A stretch of 32,000 bases of DNA from an uncultured Candidatus Bathyarchaeia archaeon (GCA_964457175.1 CAYWII010000004.1:48735-80734); one strand, 5' to 3'. Shown: positions 1 through 8,425, counted from the first letter of the stretch. The notes: generated by a model from the sequence alone, not told the origin. Translations and numbers: made by a program.

Positions 1-23
1 AAGATAACAGTGAGTTCTGTAAG

Positions 24-2117
24 GTGAGATGTTTGGCTAAAGATCCTGTTTGCGGAATGTACGTGGATGAGAAGACGGCGCAGTACAAGGTGACGGTAAG
101 GGGAACCACTTATTATTTTTGCAGTCAGACATGCATGAAGGAGTTCATGGCTCCCGAAATAGAGATTAAACGGCTCAAAATCTACGTTGCTGTGGGAGTC
201 GCTCTCACTATTCCGATAATCATCTTAACTTATGTGAGTCTTTCGCCAATGACCCTTAACAATTATGTCTTGTTGATTCTTGACACGCCAATTCAATTCA
301 TTCTCGGTTGGCGATTCTACAGAGGAACCTACGATGCCCTTCGAAACAGAATGGGAAACATGGATGTTCTCATAGCCTTGGGCACAAGTGCAGCTTGGAT
401 ATACAGCACTGTCGTAACCCTATTTCCATCATTCTTCAACTATAGTGGAGTCTACTTTGACACTGCCGCAGCAATAGTGACGCTAGTGCTTACCGGTAGG
501 TTTCTTGAACACTTAAGCAAGGGTAGAGCGTCTGAAGCCGTCAGAAGGCTTCTGGATCTGCAGCCTAAGCTTGCCCATGTAGAGAGAGATGGAAAAGAAA
601 TTGAAGTTCCTGTAGAACAGATTAGTGTAGGCGACGTTTTCGTAGTTCGACCGGGAGAAAAAGTTCCTGTGGATGGCAGGATAATCGAAGGGCACTCGTC
701 TCTGGATCAATCTATGATCACGGGAGAAAGTATTCCTGTTGAGAAAAACCCTGGCGATGAAGTCATAGGGGCCACGATCAACAAGACTGGTTTGCTTCGG
801 GTTGAGGCTACGAAAGTAGGTCAGGACACGGCTTTAGCGCAGATAGTCAAGCTGGTCGAGGAAGCTCAAATTGGAAGAGCGCCGATACAGAAGCTTGCCG
901 ATCGGGTTGCGACTTACTTTGTTCCTTTAGTACTGGTTATTGCTTCAGCATCAAGCCTAACTTGGTATTTAATTGGGAACATAGGGTTGCAATTTTCATT
1001 GCTGGCGTTTGTGTCGGTGACAGTTATTGCTTGTCCTTGCGCACTGGGAATTGCGACTCCCGCAGCGCTTTTGGTAGGTACGAGTAAAGGTGCTGAAAAT
1101 GGCATTCTGATTAAGGGAGGCGATTATTTGGAGATCGCCCGCAAGGTGACAGCGGTGGTGTTTGATAAGACAGGCACGTTGACCGTGGGAAAACCTTCTG
1201 TAACGGATGTGTTGCCTTATGGCGAATATGATGCCGATACTGTTTTGATGCTTGCTGCTTCGGTTGAGAAAGGCTCGGAGCATCCTTTGGCTGAAGCGAT
1301 TGAGAAAGAAGCTTCCGCGCGTTCCCTGAAGACATTGAACCCGTCTGATTTCGAAGCAATTGCAGGGAAAGGTGTCAAAGCGAGGATTCAAGGCAAGAAG
1401 ATTGTTCTAGGCAACAGAACGCTTATGGCTGAAATGTCTGTAAACGTTTCGAATATCGAGGCGAAGACGAGGGAACTGGAGGAGGGCGGTAAGACAGTTA
1501 TGTTTTTGGTGGTTGACGATGTGCTTGCGGGAGTGATAGGAGCGGCAGATACGCTTAAAGAACATGCTAAAGAGGCCATAGAGGAGTTGAAGAAGATGAA
1601 CATTGAAGTGATTATGCTTACTGGCGATAATGAGCGGACAGCTAAAGCCATCGCGAAGAAGCTGAGCGTGGAAAGGATTTTCGCTGAAGTTTTGCCGCAA
1701 CAGAAAGAGGCGATGATAGAGAAGTTGCAACTGGAAGGAAAGATTGTGGCGATGGTTGGAGATGGTATCAATGATGCACCGGCTTTGGCGAAGGCGAATG
1801 TGGGAGTTGCTATTGGCAGCGGAACAGATGTAGCCAAGGAGACCGGCGGAATAGTTTTGGTTAAAGAGGACTTACGGGATGTTGTCATTGCCATAAAACT
1901 AAGCAAAAGTACCGTGAGCAAAATCAAACAGAACCTGTTTTGGGCTTTTGCTTACAACGCGGCTCTCATTCCAATCGCTGCAGGAGCGTTGGTTCCGTTT
2001 TTTGGGGCAGAAGTGTACAATGTGCTTCCTTTTCTCGCTGCAGGGGCGATGGCTTTCAGTTCAGTGACCGTAGTAGGCAATTCACTTTTGTTGGGAAGGT
2101 TTAAACCTTCTTTCTGA
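24..2117 (+). CDS. copA: Cu(I)-translocating P1B-type ATPase with N-terminal TRASH/YHS metal-binding domain
   Basis: 697-aa ORF with GTG start. N-terminus DPVCGM...[12 protein letters not shown] is a TRASH/YHS Cys motif. Also has transmembrane CPC, DKTGT phosphorylation site, TGDN and [15 protein letters not shown] (YN) and MAFSS (MxxSS) motifs are typical of Cu+ pumps. Confidence 0.93.
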   Translation: MRCLAKDPVCGMYVDEKTAQYKVTVRGTTYYFCSQTCMKEFMAPEIEIKRLKIYVAVGVALTIPIIILTYVSLSPMTLNNYVLLILDTPIQFILGWRFYRGTYDALRNRMGNMDVLIALGTSAAWIYSTVVTLFPSFFNYSGVYFDTAAAIVTLVLTGRFLEHLSKGRASEAVRRLLDLQPKLAHVERDGKEIEVPVEQISVGDVFVVRPGEKVPVDGRIIEGHSSLDQSMITGESIPVEKNPGDEVIGATINKTGLLRVEATKVGQDTALAQIVKLVEEAQIGRAPIQKLADRVATYFVPLVLVIASASSLTWYLIGNIGLQFSLLAFVSVTVIACPCALGIATPAALLVGTSKGAENGILIKGGDYLEIARKVTAVVFDKTGTLTVGKPSVTDVLPYGEYDADTVLMLAASVEKGSEHPLAEAIEKEASARSLKTLNPSDFEAIAGKGVKARIQGKKIVLGNRTLMAEMSVNVSNIEAKTRELEEGGKTVMFLVVDDVLAGVIGAADTLKEHAKEAIEELKKMNIEVIMLTGDNERTAKAIAKKLSVERIFAEVLPQQKEAMIEKLQLEGKIVAMVGDGINDAPALAKANVGVAIGSGTDVAKETGGIVLVKEDLRDVVIAIKLSKSTVSKIKQNLFWAFAYNAALIPIAAGALVPFFGAEVYNVLPFLAAGAMAFSSVTVVGNSLLLGRFKPSF

Positions 2118-2138
2118 AATGGGGAGACTGGTGAGATT

Positions 2139-2438
2139 TTGAGTTCTGAGGATGATAACGAAAAGACTGCTTCGGCTGAGGGTGAGGCGAAAGGCGAAAA
2201 AGGTGAAAAGTCGCGCATGGTTGTGTCTGTTAGAAACATAAGTTGTGTCACGTGTGGACTCGCCATAGAGAAACAAGTAAAAAAGATTAAGGGAGTAGAG
2301 GACGTTAAGACTGCTGTTATGCTGAACAAGGTGTTCATAGATTATGATTCGAAGCTTGTGGATTCAGGCACCATCAGAAAAGCAATAGATAAGACAGGGT
2401 ACAAAAGCTACGTGAATATCGAGGAAAAAAAGCGATAG
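2139..2438 (+). CDS. Heavy-metal-associated (HMA) domain metallochaperone, CopZ-like
   Basis: ISCVTCGLAIEKQV is a CxxC metal-binding loop followed by a ferredoxin-like HMA fold pattern. The gene lies directly downstream of copA. The ORF opens at TTG 2139, but ATG 2217 (MVVSVRNISCVTCG), preceded by AGGTGA, is the more likely start. Confidence 0.8.
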   Translation: MSSEDDNEKTASAEGEAKGEKGEKSRMVVSVRNISCVTCGLAIEKQVKKIKGVEDVKTAVMLNKVFIDYDSKLVDSGTIRKAIDKTGYKSYVNIEEKKR

Positions 2439-2516
2439 AGTAGTAGAGAACCGCGTCGCTCATTAAGCAGTATCCAGTTTAATGTGCTAACGCCAGTTAG
2501 TCCTACATGGTTCTGT

Positions 2517-2657
2517 TCATGCGTATTTCTTTGGTTTTTTGTCAAACTCGTTCTTGCATTGGGTTGAACAGAAATAATATGTTTTTCCTTGGTACTCGCT
2601 CTTGAATTTAGCCTTTTTTTCATCCACTTTCATCTTGCATATAGGGTCGATTGCCAT
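2517..2657 (-). CDS. Small TRASH/YHS-domain metal-binding protein (CopM/CopT-like)
   Basis: MAIDPICKMKVDEKKAKFKSEYQGKTYYFCSTQCKNEFDKKPKKYA matches the TRASH consensus C-x19-22-C-x3-C. ATG 2657 is preceded by GGGTG. The ORF track extends it to 2735, but that extension looks non-coding. Confidence 0.75.
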   Translation of the reverse strand: MAIDPICKMKVDEKKAKFKSEYQGKTYYFCSTQCKNEFDKKPKKYA

Positions 2658-2790
2658 AACAACACCCTTAGACAACATCTTATTTGAAACACAAATGTTT
2701 TTCGGCGTAGTAAAAATGTCGCTTAACACGGTCATAGCTGCTTTTCACGTGCAGACTTTGACAAAATATGAATTGAAAGGAGTGCAGTTT

Positions 2791-2956
2791 ATGGAAAAAA
2801 GTTGGTTACTGACCCAATATGCGGAATGAAATAGGATCCGAAATAGCTAATAGCAAAAATGAGCATGAAGGATGCACTGTTTACTTCTGTTCAAAACACT
2901 GTGAAGAAGAATTCAAGAAAAACCCTAAAAAGTACATGTCCAAAGTGAAAAAGTAG
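2791..2956 (+). pseudogene. Decayed TRASH/YHS-domain paralogue (two in-frame TAG codons and two -1 frameshifts in A-runs)
   Basis: AGGAG lies 8 nt upstream of ATG 2791. Reconstructed reading: MEK(K)LVTDPICGMK-TAG-DPK-TAG-LIAK(N)EHEGCTVYFCSKHCEEEFKKNPKKYMSKVKK. It is collinear, with the same length, with the intact TRASH protein at 2517-2657. Lesions are at the A6 run 2795-2800, TAG 2832-2834, TAG 2844-2846 and the A5 run 2855-2859. Confidence 0.7.
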
Positions 2957-2968
2957 AAACTGAAAACG

Positions 2969-4279
2969 TCATTTTGCAGTGTCTTTCAATGTTAAGCTTT
3001 TGGGTTTTCTTCTCAACATTAAAATTATGAACATGAGGATTAACAAACTCAGAGTCGTTGCAAGAAGCACTCTCAAAATTAAGGGAATATATTGTGGTTG
3101 TTTCTGTACAGTCACGATTAACACTTTAGAACTGCTAAGGTCGTCATTGTCAGTAACATTTAACACTATTTGGTACATTCCTTCTTCGGAATATGAATGA
3201 GTGACTATTGGTCCAGTTCCACTTGAACCGTCACCAAAATCCCATGCATATGACATTATTTGGCCGTCATCCACAGATTGGCGTGCATCAAAAGTTACAG
3301 TCTCATCAACGATGATTGTTTGGTCATACTCTACCACAATATCAGGGATTGCCCCGAAAAATTCTGTTCCAACTATTTTTAATGTATACGAACCTTCTGG
3401 AAAAATTAAGTATAGCAATGAAAGCCCACTTGCATCGCCTTCAATGGAGTCTATTATATCTCCATCTAATAGAATCGAGTATGGTCCTTTCAGGAAATTC
3501 TGTGGCATAATAAAGTTGGAAAAACCCGTTGTTCCCGCAGGAACGGTGACGTTTAAGTCCATCTCTTTTCGTGAATAGTTGAAGCTAGATGCAGTAATTG
3601 TAGCATTCGTAAACGTCCTGACTTGAAATGTTCTCATTCCGAATGATAGGTTAAATTCTTCAAGTGGCGGATTTATAGGAGGCGGTGCACAGTCAGGTAT
3701 TTTTGCTTGTTCCTCTGTGTAGCCGAAAAAGCCCTCTGGCGGAGGAGTCTCGTAAGTTCCGTTGTAATCGTAGTCTACAACTTCGATTTCCTTTACATAA
3801 GTAACCCATTTGAAACCATACTTGCATGGAACAACCATTCTGTAGCCTCCTTGCACGTTTTCAGCAATCCACTCCACTTCTGATAAGAGCGTACCATTTG
3901 CCCTCAAAGCTAAAATCACATATGGTTCTAAAGCGTCTCCTATGAAGAGGCTTGACGAAAACCCGTCTGAGGCTCGAAAAACAACTTCAAGCGCTTCTGG
4001 TTTTACTTGAGCGAGAGTCAAAAGATGAAAGAGCGGTATCCCTGTCCAGTTGAAAGTCGCTGTTGGAGTGCCGAAGACGCATTTCAAAGTTGCGATTTCT
4101 GATACCATCGGCAAAGAAAACAATTCAGCTCGTGTTAGGTCTAACGGATTGTTGACCAGTCCGAATATTCTAATTTCGACCGACCCTTGTGCTTTAAGGA
4201 GCAAGCTTGAGCTTTGTGTGAGAGCCAATAAAGCAATGATGGCTGTCAACACGAAAGGTCTAGTCAATTTTCTCCGCAT
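2969..4279 (-). CDS. Secreted, membrane-anchored protein with a molybdopterin-oxidoreductase-like (sulfite oxidase/MsrP-type) domain, a PKD domain and a C-terminal TM anchor
   Basis: Signal-peptide-like N-terminus MRRKLTRPFVLTAIIALLALTQ, starting at ATG 4279 (the ORF track starts at 4306). Segment GLVNNPLDLTRAEL...LKCVFG...WTGIPLFHLL...FRASDGFSS...ALRANGTLL...GGYRMVVPCKYGFKWVTYVKEIEV resembles the Oxidored_molyb fold. PKD-like WDFGDGSSGTGPIVTHSYSEEGMYQIVLNVTDNDD. C-terminal hydrophobic helix followed by RRKPK. Eight N-x-S/T sequons. Confidence 0.6.
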   Translation of the reverse strand: MRRKLTRPFVLTAIIALLALTQSSSLLLKAQGSVEIRIFGLVNNPLDLTRAELFSLPMVSEIATLKCVFGTPTATFNWTGIPLFHLLTLAQVKPEALEVVFRASDGFSSSLFIGDALEPYVILALRANGTLLSEVEWIAENVQGGYRMVVPCKYGFKWVTYVKEIEVVDYDYNGTYETPPPEGFFGYTEEQAKIPDCAPPPINPPLEEFNLSFGMRTFQVRTFTNATITASSFNYSRKEMDLNVTVPAGTTGFSNFIMPQNFLKGPYSILLDGDIIDSIEGDASGLSLLYLIFPEGSYTLKIVGTEFFGAIPDIVVEYDQTIIVDETVTFDARQSVDDGQIMSYAWDFGDGSSGTGPIVTHSYSEEGMYQIVLNVTDNDDLSSSKVLIVTVQKQPQYIPLILRVLLATTLSLLILMFIILMLRRKPKSLTLKDTAK

Positions 4280-4283
4280 GATT

Positions 4284-4634
4284 TTAGCCTCTAAGCAACG
4301 TAGCATCCATCAGTAGAATCAGGACGATAGAAAACACTCCGAGCATCATAATGAAAGCGTTCAACAGAACCCCATCCTTCACGCGCCAGCGAATTAAGGC
4401 AAATCTCAGCTGAACCAAAACATGAAACGTCAACACAACCAATACTGGCACATCCAATGTTCTGTGAAGATGCAGAGAAAGAGAGCGTGTTAAGATTCCT
4501 CCTGTCAGTTCACTAATCAGCTGTGGATTGACGCTGCCATAGCCGGTGATGACATGGATTATGAGCAAAGGGAGTGAGGCCCATATAAGTATTCGGTCGA
4601 ATTTTTGCAGGTAGTAGTTGTGCGTTTTGGGCAT
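4284..4634 (-). CDS. Small His-containing integral membrane protein (about 3 TM), possible haem-b/electron-transfer partner
   Basis: 116 aa with three hydrophobic helices. His residues sit within or near helices (LLIIHVITGY, LHLHRT, LTFHVLVQ). Its stop is 4 nt from the start of the downstream oxidoreductase-like gene, suggesting one operon. Confidence 0.55.
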   Translation of the reverse strand: MPKTHNYYLQKFDRILIWASLPLLIIHVITGYGSVNPQLISELTGGILTRSLSLHLHRTLDVPVLVVLTFHVLVQLRFALIRWRVKDGVLLNAFIMMLGVFSIVLILLMDATLLRG

Positions 4635-4646
4635 TTCTTGTCCCGT

Positions 4647-4660
4647 ATGACATATGTCAT
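4647..4660. promoter_or_regulatory. Perfect 14-bp palindrome ATGACATATGTCAT (putative operator) between TATA-like elements and the start codon at 4634
   Basis: Read directly from the sequence. Minus-strand context: ggcTTAAATATgttcgaaagagTATAAATGACATATGTCATacgggacaagaaATG. The same box occurs at 8426-8439 and 8447-8460. Confidence 0.55.
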
Positions 4661-4772
4661 TTATACTCTTTCGAACATATTTAAGCCTTTCCAGATAGAT
4701 ACGCAGCCTTTACAACTCGGATAAGAAAGTTTAATAGCTTCGAAAAGTCTACCCAAAAAAAAGGCGAAACGA

Positions 4773-4964
4773 ATGATCAAAATAGTTATCGATTATTCAA
4801 AATGCATTGAGAATACCGATAAAATCTGTGTCGAAATATGTCCTGTATCTGTTTTCCGTAACGAAAAATCGAAAAAACCAAAGGTCGTAAACGAAGAAAA
4901 TTGCATTTTGTGCAGAACATGTCAAGTGAACTGCCCGGGTCAAGCCATCAAAATTTCAACCTAA
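4773..4964 (+). CDS. Small 7-Cys ferredoxin (one canonical CxxCxxCxxxCP motif and one degenerate C-x7-C-x3-CP motif)
   Basis: 63 aa with CIENTDKICVEICP and CILCRTCQVNCP. Its 3' end overlaps the 3' end of the convergent hydrogenase large-subunit gene by 9 nt. Confidence 0.8.
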   Translation: MIKIVIDYSKCIENTDKICVEICPVSVFRNEKSKKPKVVNEENCILCRTCQVNCPGQAIKIST

Positions 4965-6371
4965 AACCTTCAACAATTTGCCCTTACTATTTCTTATTTC
5001 CACGTTCACACTGTCGCCTGCTCTCCGAGTGACGCATTTTATGCATGGGTCATAAGCTCTCACTACCATTTCTATTCTGTTCAGAAGCCCAGGCTTAACT
5101 TCGCCATGTCGTATGAATTTCATTGCAGCGTCCTTGACGTTAAGGTTTATAGCCGCGCTGTTCACTTGAGTAGGTATTATCAGCTTCATGTTTTTCAATC
5201 GTCCATTTCTGCTTAGTGTGTAGTCGTGGGTGAGTGTTCCTCTTGGGGCTTCAACAACACTTATGCCTCTTCCTCCTCTAGGTTTAACTTTGACTCTGGT
5301 GTCGCTTCGTGTTATGCTCTTGTCCTCCAAAAGTTCTCTGGTTTTTTCGCATGCGTAAAGAAGGTCTATGAGGCGGGCATAATCAAAAAGCAAGGTAGCA
5401 TGCGTTGGGCTTCCGAATTTGCGCTTAAACTCCTTCAGTTCTTTGTTGGCAAGCTCTGTCTGTGCTTTTTTGTTTACGTTCATTCTAGCTGTTGGTCCGA
5501 CCTGAACTATTCCTTCTTGACATCCCAATGCTTTTAAACAAGCAAATTTTGCATAGGTCCATTCATAACGCTTTTCTTCTATGTGTTTCATGTAATCTTG
5601 CGCTGTGAATTCAGATAGAATATTGCCTTCTGGGTTTATTATGCGGATTCTGCTGTCATAGAATTCGATTGCATCGTCTTTCGTCAGTGCCATGTAGTAT
5701 GTCTTGTAATCTCCGGCTTTTCGGAACTCTTCCCAATTTTTCTCAAAAAGTTCCTTTCCCAAGGCGACAGCTTCTTGCGTGATTGTGCAAGCGTTTTCTG
5801 CCGCTTTTAGCAACTCTTCTCGTTCTTTTTCTTTGAGTGAATTTATCAATCCGCCCGGTATTGCAGATACTATATGAACTTCACGTTTTCCAATGGTGTC
5901 TAAGATTCTGGTTGCAAAACTTCTTAGAGTTATGGCTTTTCTGCCTATTTCCGGATTTTCGCGCATTATTTGGAAAGCATTTCTTTTTGATGGGTCTTCT
6001 TCGGTTGAAAACCAGAAGTCTGGCAATATCAAGAAAAAGAAGACTAGGGAGTGATTGCTGATTATCTGTCCCATAAGCAAGAGTTCCCGAAGTTTTTTGG
6101 CGGTTTCCGTTATTTCTGTTCCATAGATGCTTTCTATTGTTTTAACAGATGCAAGCACATGAGCAGTTGAGCAAACGCCGCATATTCTTGAAATTATGAA
6201 AGGAAGTCTATCCGCCTCCATGCCTCTTAGGAAATAGTCAAAACCGCGGATTTCCGTGGCGTAGAAATAGACATCTGAAACATTCCCCTTATCGTCGAGG
6301 AATATTGTGACTTTTCCATGTCCCTCAATCCTCGTAGTAGGAGAAATAGTTATTTCTCTTTGATTGTTCAA
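4956..6371 (-). CDS. [NiFe] hydrogenase large subunit (group 3-like)
   Basis: 471 aa. N-terminal RIEGHGK and RICGVCSTAH motifs. C-terminal DPCIKCVTR Ni-Fe ligand motif followed by a 22-aa tail that looks like a protease-cleaved extension. Confidence 0.9.
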   Translation of the reverse strand: MNNQREITISPTTRIEGHGKVTIFLDDKGNVSDVYFYATEIRGFDYFLRGMEADRLPFIISRICGVCSTAHVLASVKTIESIYGTEITETAKKLRELLLMGQIISNHSLVFFFLILPDFWFSTEEDPSKRNAFQIMRENPEIGRKAITLRSFATRILDTIGKREVHIVSAIPGGLINSLKEKEREELLKAAENACTITQEAVALGKELFEKNWEEFRKAGDYKTYYMALTKDDAIEFYDSRIRIINPEGNILSEFTAQDYMKHIEEKRYEWTYAKFACLKALGCQEGIVQVGPTARMNVNKKAQTELANKELKEFKRKFGSPTHATLLFDYARLIDLLYACEKTRELLEDKSITRSDTRVKVKPRGGRGISVVEAPRGTLTHDYTLSRNGRLKNMKLIIPTQVNSAAINLNVKDAAMKFIRHGEVKPGLLNRIEMVVRAYDPCIKCVTRRAGDSVNVEIRNSKGKLLKVLG

Positions 6372-7231
6372 ATAACTCTCTCCCTCGCTTTAGAGCGTTC
6401 AAATTTCGAGAAAATGAAAGTGTGGAAGATGAAGGGATTGCGGTATAACTCTTTCTTCACTTCTTCTTCAGAAATACCTGTTCTTCTCGACGTTACCTTA
6501 ACAAGGAAAGAATACAAGTCCCGCGAACGATACAACAAGGAATCAGTAGGTCCTCTGCATCCAAAACATGTGAAGCCGGCTCTGGGACATGGTGCACCGC
6601 AACCTTCACGAGTTAAAGACCCGAGACACACGAAGCCTTGACTGACTAGGCATAAGTTTGGGTCTGCTTCTTTCTCGTATATTCCGTAGAGACGGTCAAG
6701 TTTTGCAGCAATTATCTTTCTGTTGCATTCTATGCAGACTACACTTTGGTGGCGGATTGGTGGTTTTCCGCTTACTATGCTTTTTAGACTGTGAACTATG
6801 AGGAAAGGCATGGGTGGGCATCCTGGAATGTAATAGTCAACATCAACGAAGTTGCATATTGGATACATCAAATCCTCAAGTTCTGGGAGCTTACTTGTTT
6901 CTAAAACGAAGTATTCTTTTTCCAAGAGCTTCTTGACAGAGGTTATATTGCCCAAACTTGTTATTCCGCCATGGGTTGCACAGATTCCCAAGGCAACAAG
7001 AACGCGTGATTTAGCCCGCACTTCTCTGATTAACTTCTCGTCTGCTTCAGTTCTAACCCCGCCCTCGACTATAGACAAATTAACTTCTGGAACCTCTTTC
7101 AAATCAGCAAATGTGGGCGAATAAACTATGTCGAAGTCTTGGGAAAGTATTTCTAGCAAGGCGTCGCCTGCGTTTAGAAAGGAGGATACACATCCAGCAC
7201 AGCATGTCAGAGAAACTAAGTTGACTTTCAC
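6368..7231 (-). CDS. [NiFe] hydrogenase small subunit (group 3-like, three Fe-S cluster motifs)
   Basis: 287 aa with LTCCAGC, GICATHGG, IPGCPP, CIECNRK and C-x6-C...GCGAPC...CFGCRGP motifs. GTG start. A 4-nt overlap with the large-subunit gene suggests translational coupling. Confidence 0.88.
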   Translation of the reverse strand: MKVNLVSLTCCAGCVSSFLNAGDALLEILSQDFDIVYSPTFADLKEVPEVNLSIVEGGVRTEADEKLIREVRAKSRVLVALGICATHGGITSLGNITSVKKLLEKEYFVLETSKLPELEDLMYPICNFVDVDYYIPGCPPMPFLIVHSLKSIVSGKPPIRHQSVVCIECNRKIIAAKLDRLYGIYEKEADPNLCLVSQGFVCLGSLTREGCGAPCPRAGFTCFGCRGPTDSLLYRSRDLYSFLVKVTSRRTGISEEEVKKELYRNPFIFHTFIFSKFERSKARERVI

Positions 7232-7285
7232 GAGTCACTGCCTCACTCTAGACTCTTTAGAAATGTTATGTTTTTATGGGTTATG

Positions 7286-7309
7286 CATTCTATAATGCAT
7301 TATAGAATG
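7286..7309. promoter_or_regulatory. Perfect 24-bp palindrome CATTCTATAATG|CATTATAGAATG upstream of the hydrogenase operon
   Basis: Reverse complement checked base by base and found identical. It lies in the 95-bp gap between the regulator stop (7327) and the small-subunit start (7231). It contains TATA-like TATAAT/TTATAG. Confidence 0.6.
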
Positions 7310-7326
7310 TGAGGCTATCAGAGAAC

Positions 7327-8367
7327 TTATTTTTTGAGCTTGTCAGTTTGAGCAACGTAGGAAGCGTCCGGCATCGTTAGGAAAGAAGATTCCTTACTGT
7401 TGACGAATTGCTCTGCAACCGCTGATGCTTCTGCTGTCAATTTGTTTACTCCCTCTAAAACTGATGCAATCTGGACGCCCTTTGCAGTTAACGAGTAAGA
7501 TTTCGGCTTCTTCCTACTGAAAACCATCTTTTTACCCTTAAGTCTACGCAAATATTTGTACGTTCTTCTCTGAGAAATCTTGGCTTTCTCTGCAAGTTTC
7601 TGTGTGGATATACCTTCTTCTGCAATGCTTTCGTAGACTTTTCTTTCTGCTGGAGAAAATTTAGCCTTGCTTGATTCTCTTTTTGTTTTAAAATAGAAGA
7701 CATAGTCCTTATCTTTAGTTGTCTCTATTAATCCAGTTCGATGCAGACGATTTAAAACTCGGGCGACACTTTTTGATGGTATCATGGTTTTGAAATCGTC
7801 GAAAGTTTTCGCCGTGCTCAGCAGCATGTGTAAGACTGTTTCTTCATAGCATTTGGAGTGAGGCGGCAGAGCATCTTCAATGCTGCTGTTGAAATTCTTC
7901 ATTACTTCGGTGAGTCGACGCCCGAATGTCGTAGGGTAGTAACGGTTGTTTTTTTCCTCAACTAATCCAACCTTTAGAATTGGAGTTACGTATTCATCAA
8001 GTATTGTCTGTTGGCTGTGATTGTATCCGTTCTTCTTCAGTTCCTGTTGAAGATTAACTATTGAATGATGTCCTTTTGAGATTAATTCCAGAATATGAAT
8101 TCGTCTCTTATTTTTCAGAGTGTTCAACAATTCTTGAGTAAAATCTGGATTGTTTATTATTTTGTGTAGTTTTCTCAACTCGTTCTTTGAATTCCAAATT
8201 CTGCAGTTTGCCATGCAAACTATTGGAGTTAGTGGATGGCACTTTATGCAAGTTTCCTCCCATTCTCTCATCTTGTCTGCTAAGCTTGCTTGGGTTTCTG
8301 CCCGTTCAAGCGGGTTTGGATAGCTCTCGTCTTTCATGGCTGACCGGACACTTCTAACGTATGTCAC
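7327..8367 (-). CDS. Putative transcriptional regulator with an N-terminal 4-Cys motif and two winged-helix (ArsR/MarR-like) regions
   Basis: 346 aa. CIKCHPLTPIVCMANCRIW is a C-x2-C-x9-C-x3-C motif. wHTH-like segments are RRIHILELISKGHHSIVNLQQEL... and ERKVYESIAEEGISTQKLAEKAKISQRRTYKYLRRL. The GTG start at 8367 overlaps a degenerate operator copy, so ATG 8337 is an alternative start. Confidence 0.6.
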   Translation of the reverse strand: MTYVRSVRSAMKDESYPNPLERAETQASLADKMREWEETCIKCHPLTPIVCMANCRIWNSKNELRKLHKIINNPDFTQELLNTLKNKRRIHILELISKGHHSIVNLQQELKKNGYNHSQQTILDEYVTPILKVGLVEEKNNRYYPTTFGRRLTEVMKNFNSSIEDALPPHSKCYEETVLHMLLSTAKTFDDFKTMIPSKSVARVLNRLHRTGLIETTKDKDYVFYFKTKRESSKAKFSPAERKVYESIAEEGISTQKLAEKAKISQRRTYKYLRRLKGKKMVFSRKKPKSYSLTAKGVQIASVLEGVNKLTAEASAVAEQFVNSKESSFLTMPDASYVAQTDKLKK

Positions 8368-8425
8368 GGCGTTCTTGAGGGAGAAAGGAGGTTTTGTTAG
8401 AAGTTAGTTTTGCTTCAGTTTCGTC

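Noticed and set aside
1388-1927. 179-aa minus-strand ORF and other long antisense ORFs in the track (for example 996-1391, 11747-12127, 25420-26250, 26918-27634, 27772-28119, 28779-29189).
   Set aside because: Each lies entirely antisense to a gene with unmistakable family motifs (copA, USP, cdhE, cdhD, cdhC). The translations are low-complexity or Ser/Arg/Leu-rich with no recognisable motifs. They are shadow ORFs.
2832-2846. Two in-frame TAG codons in the TRASH paralogue as pyrrolysine codons.
   Set aside because: The same gene also needs two frameshift corrections. No pyl genes or methylamine methyltransferases are in the window. A pseudogene is the simpler reading, and the possibility remains listed as a check in the findings.
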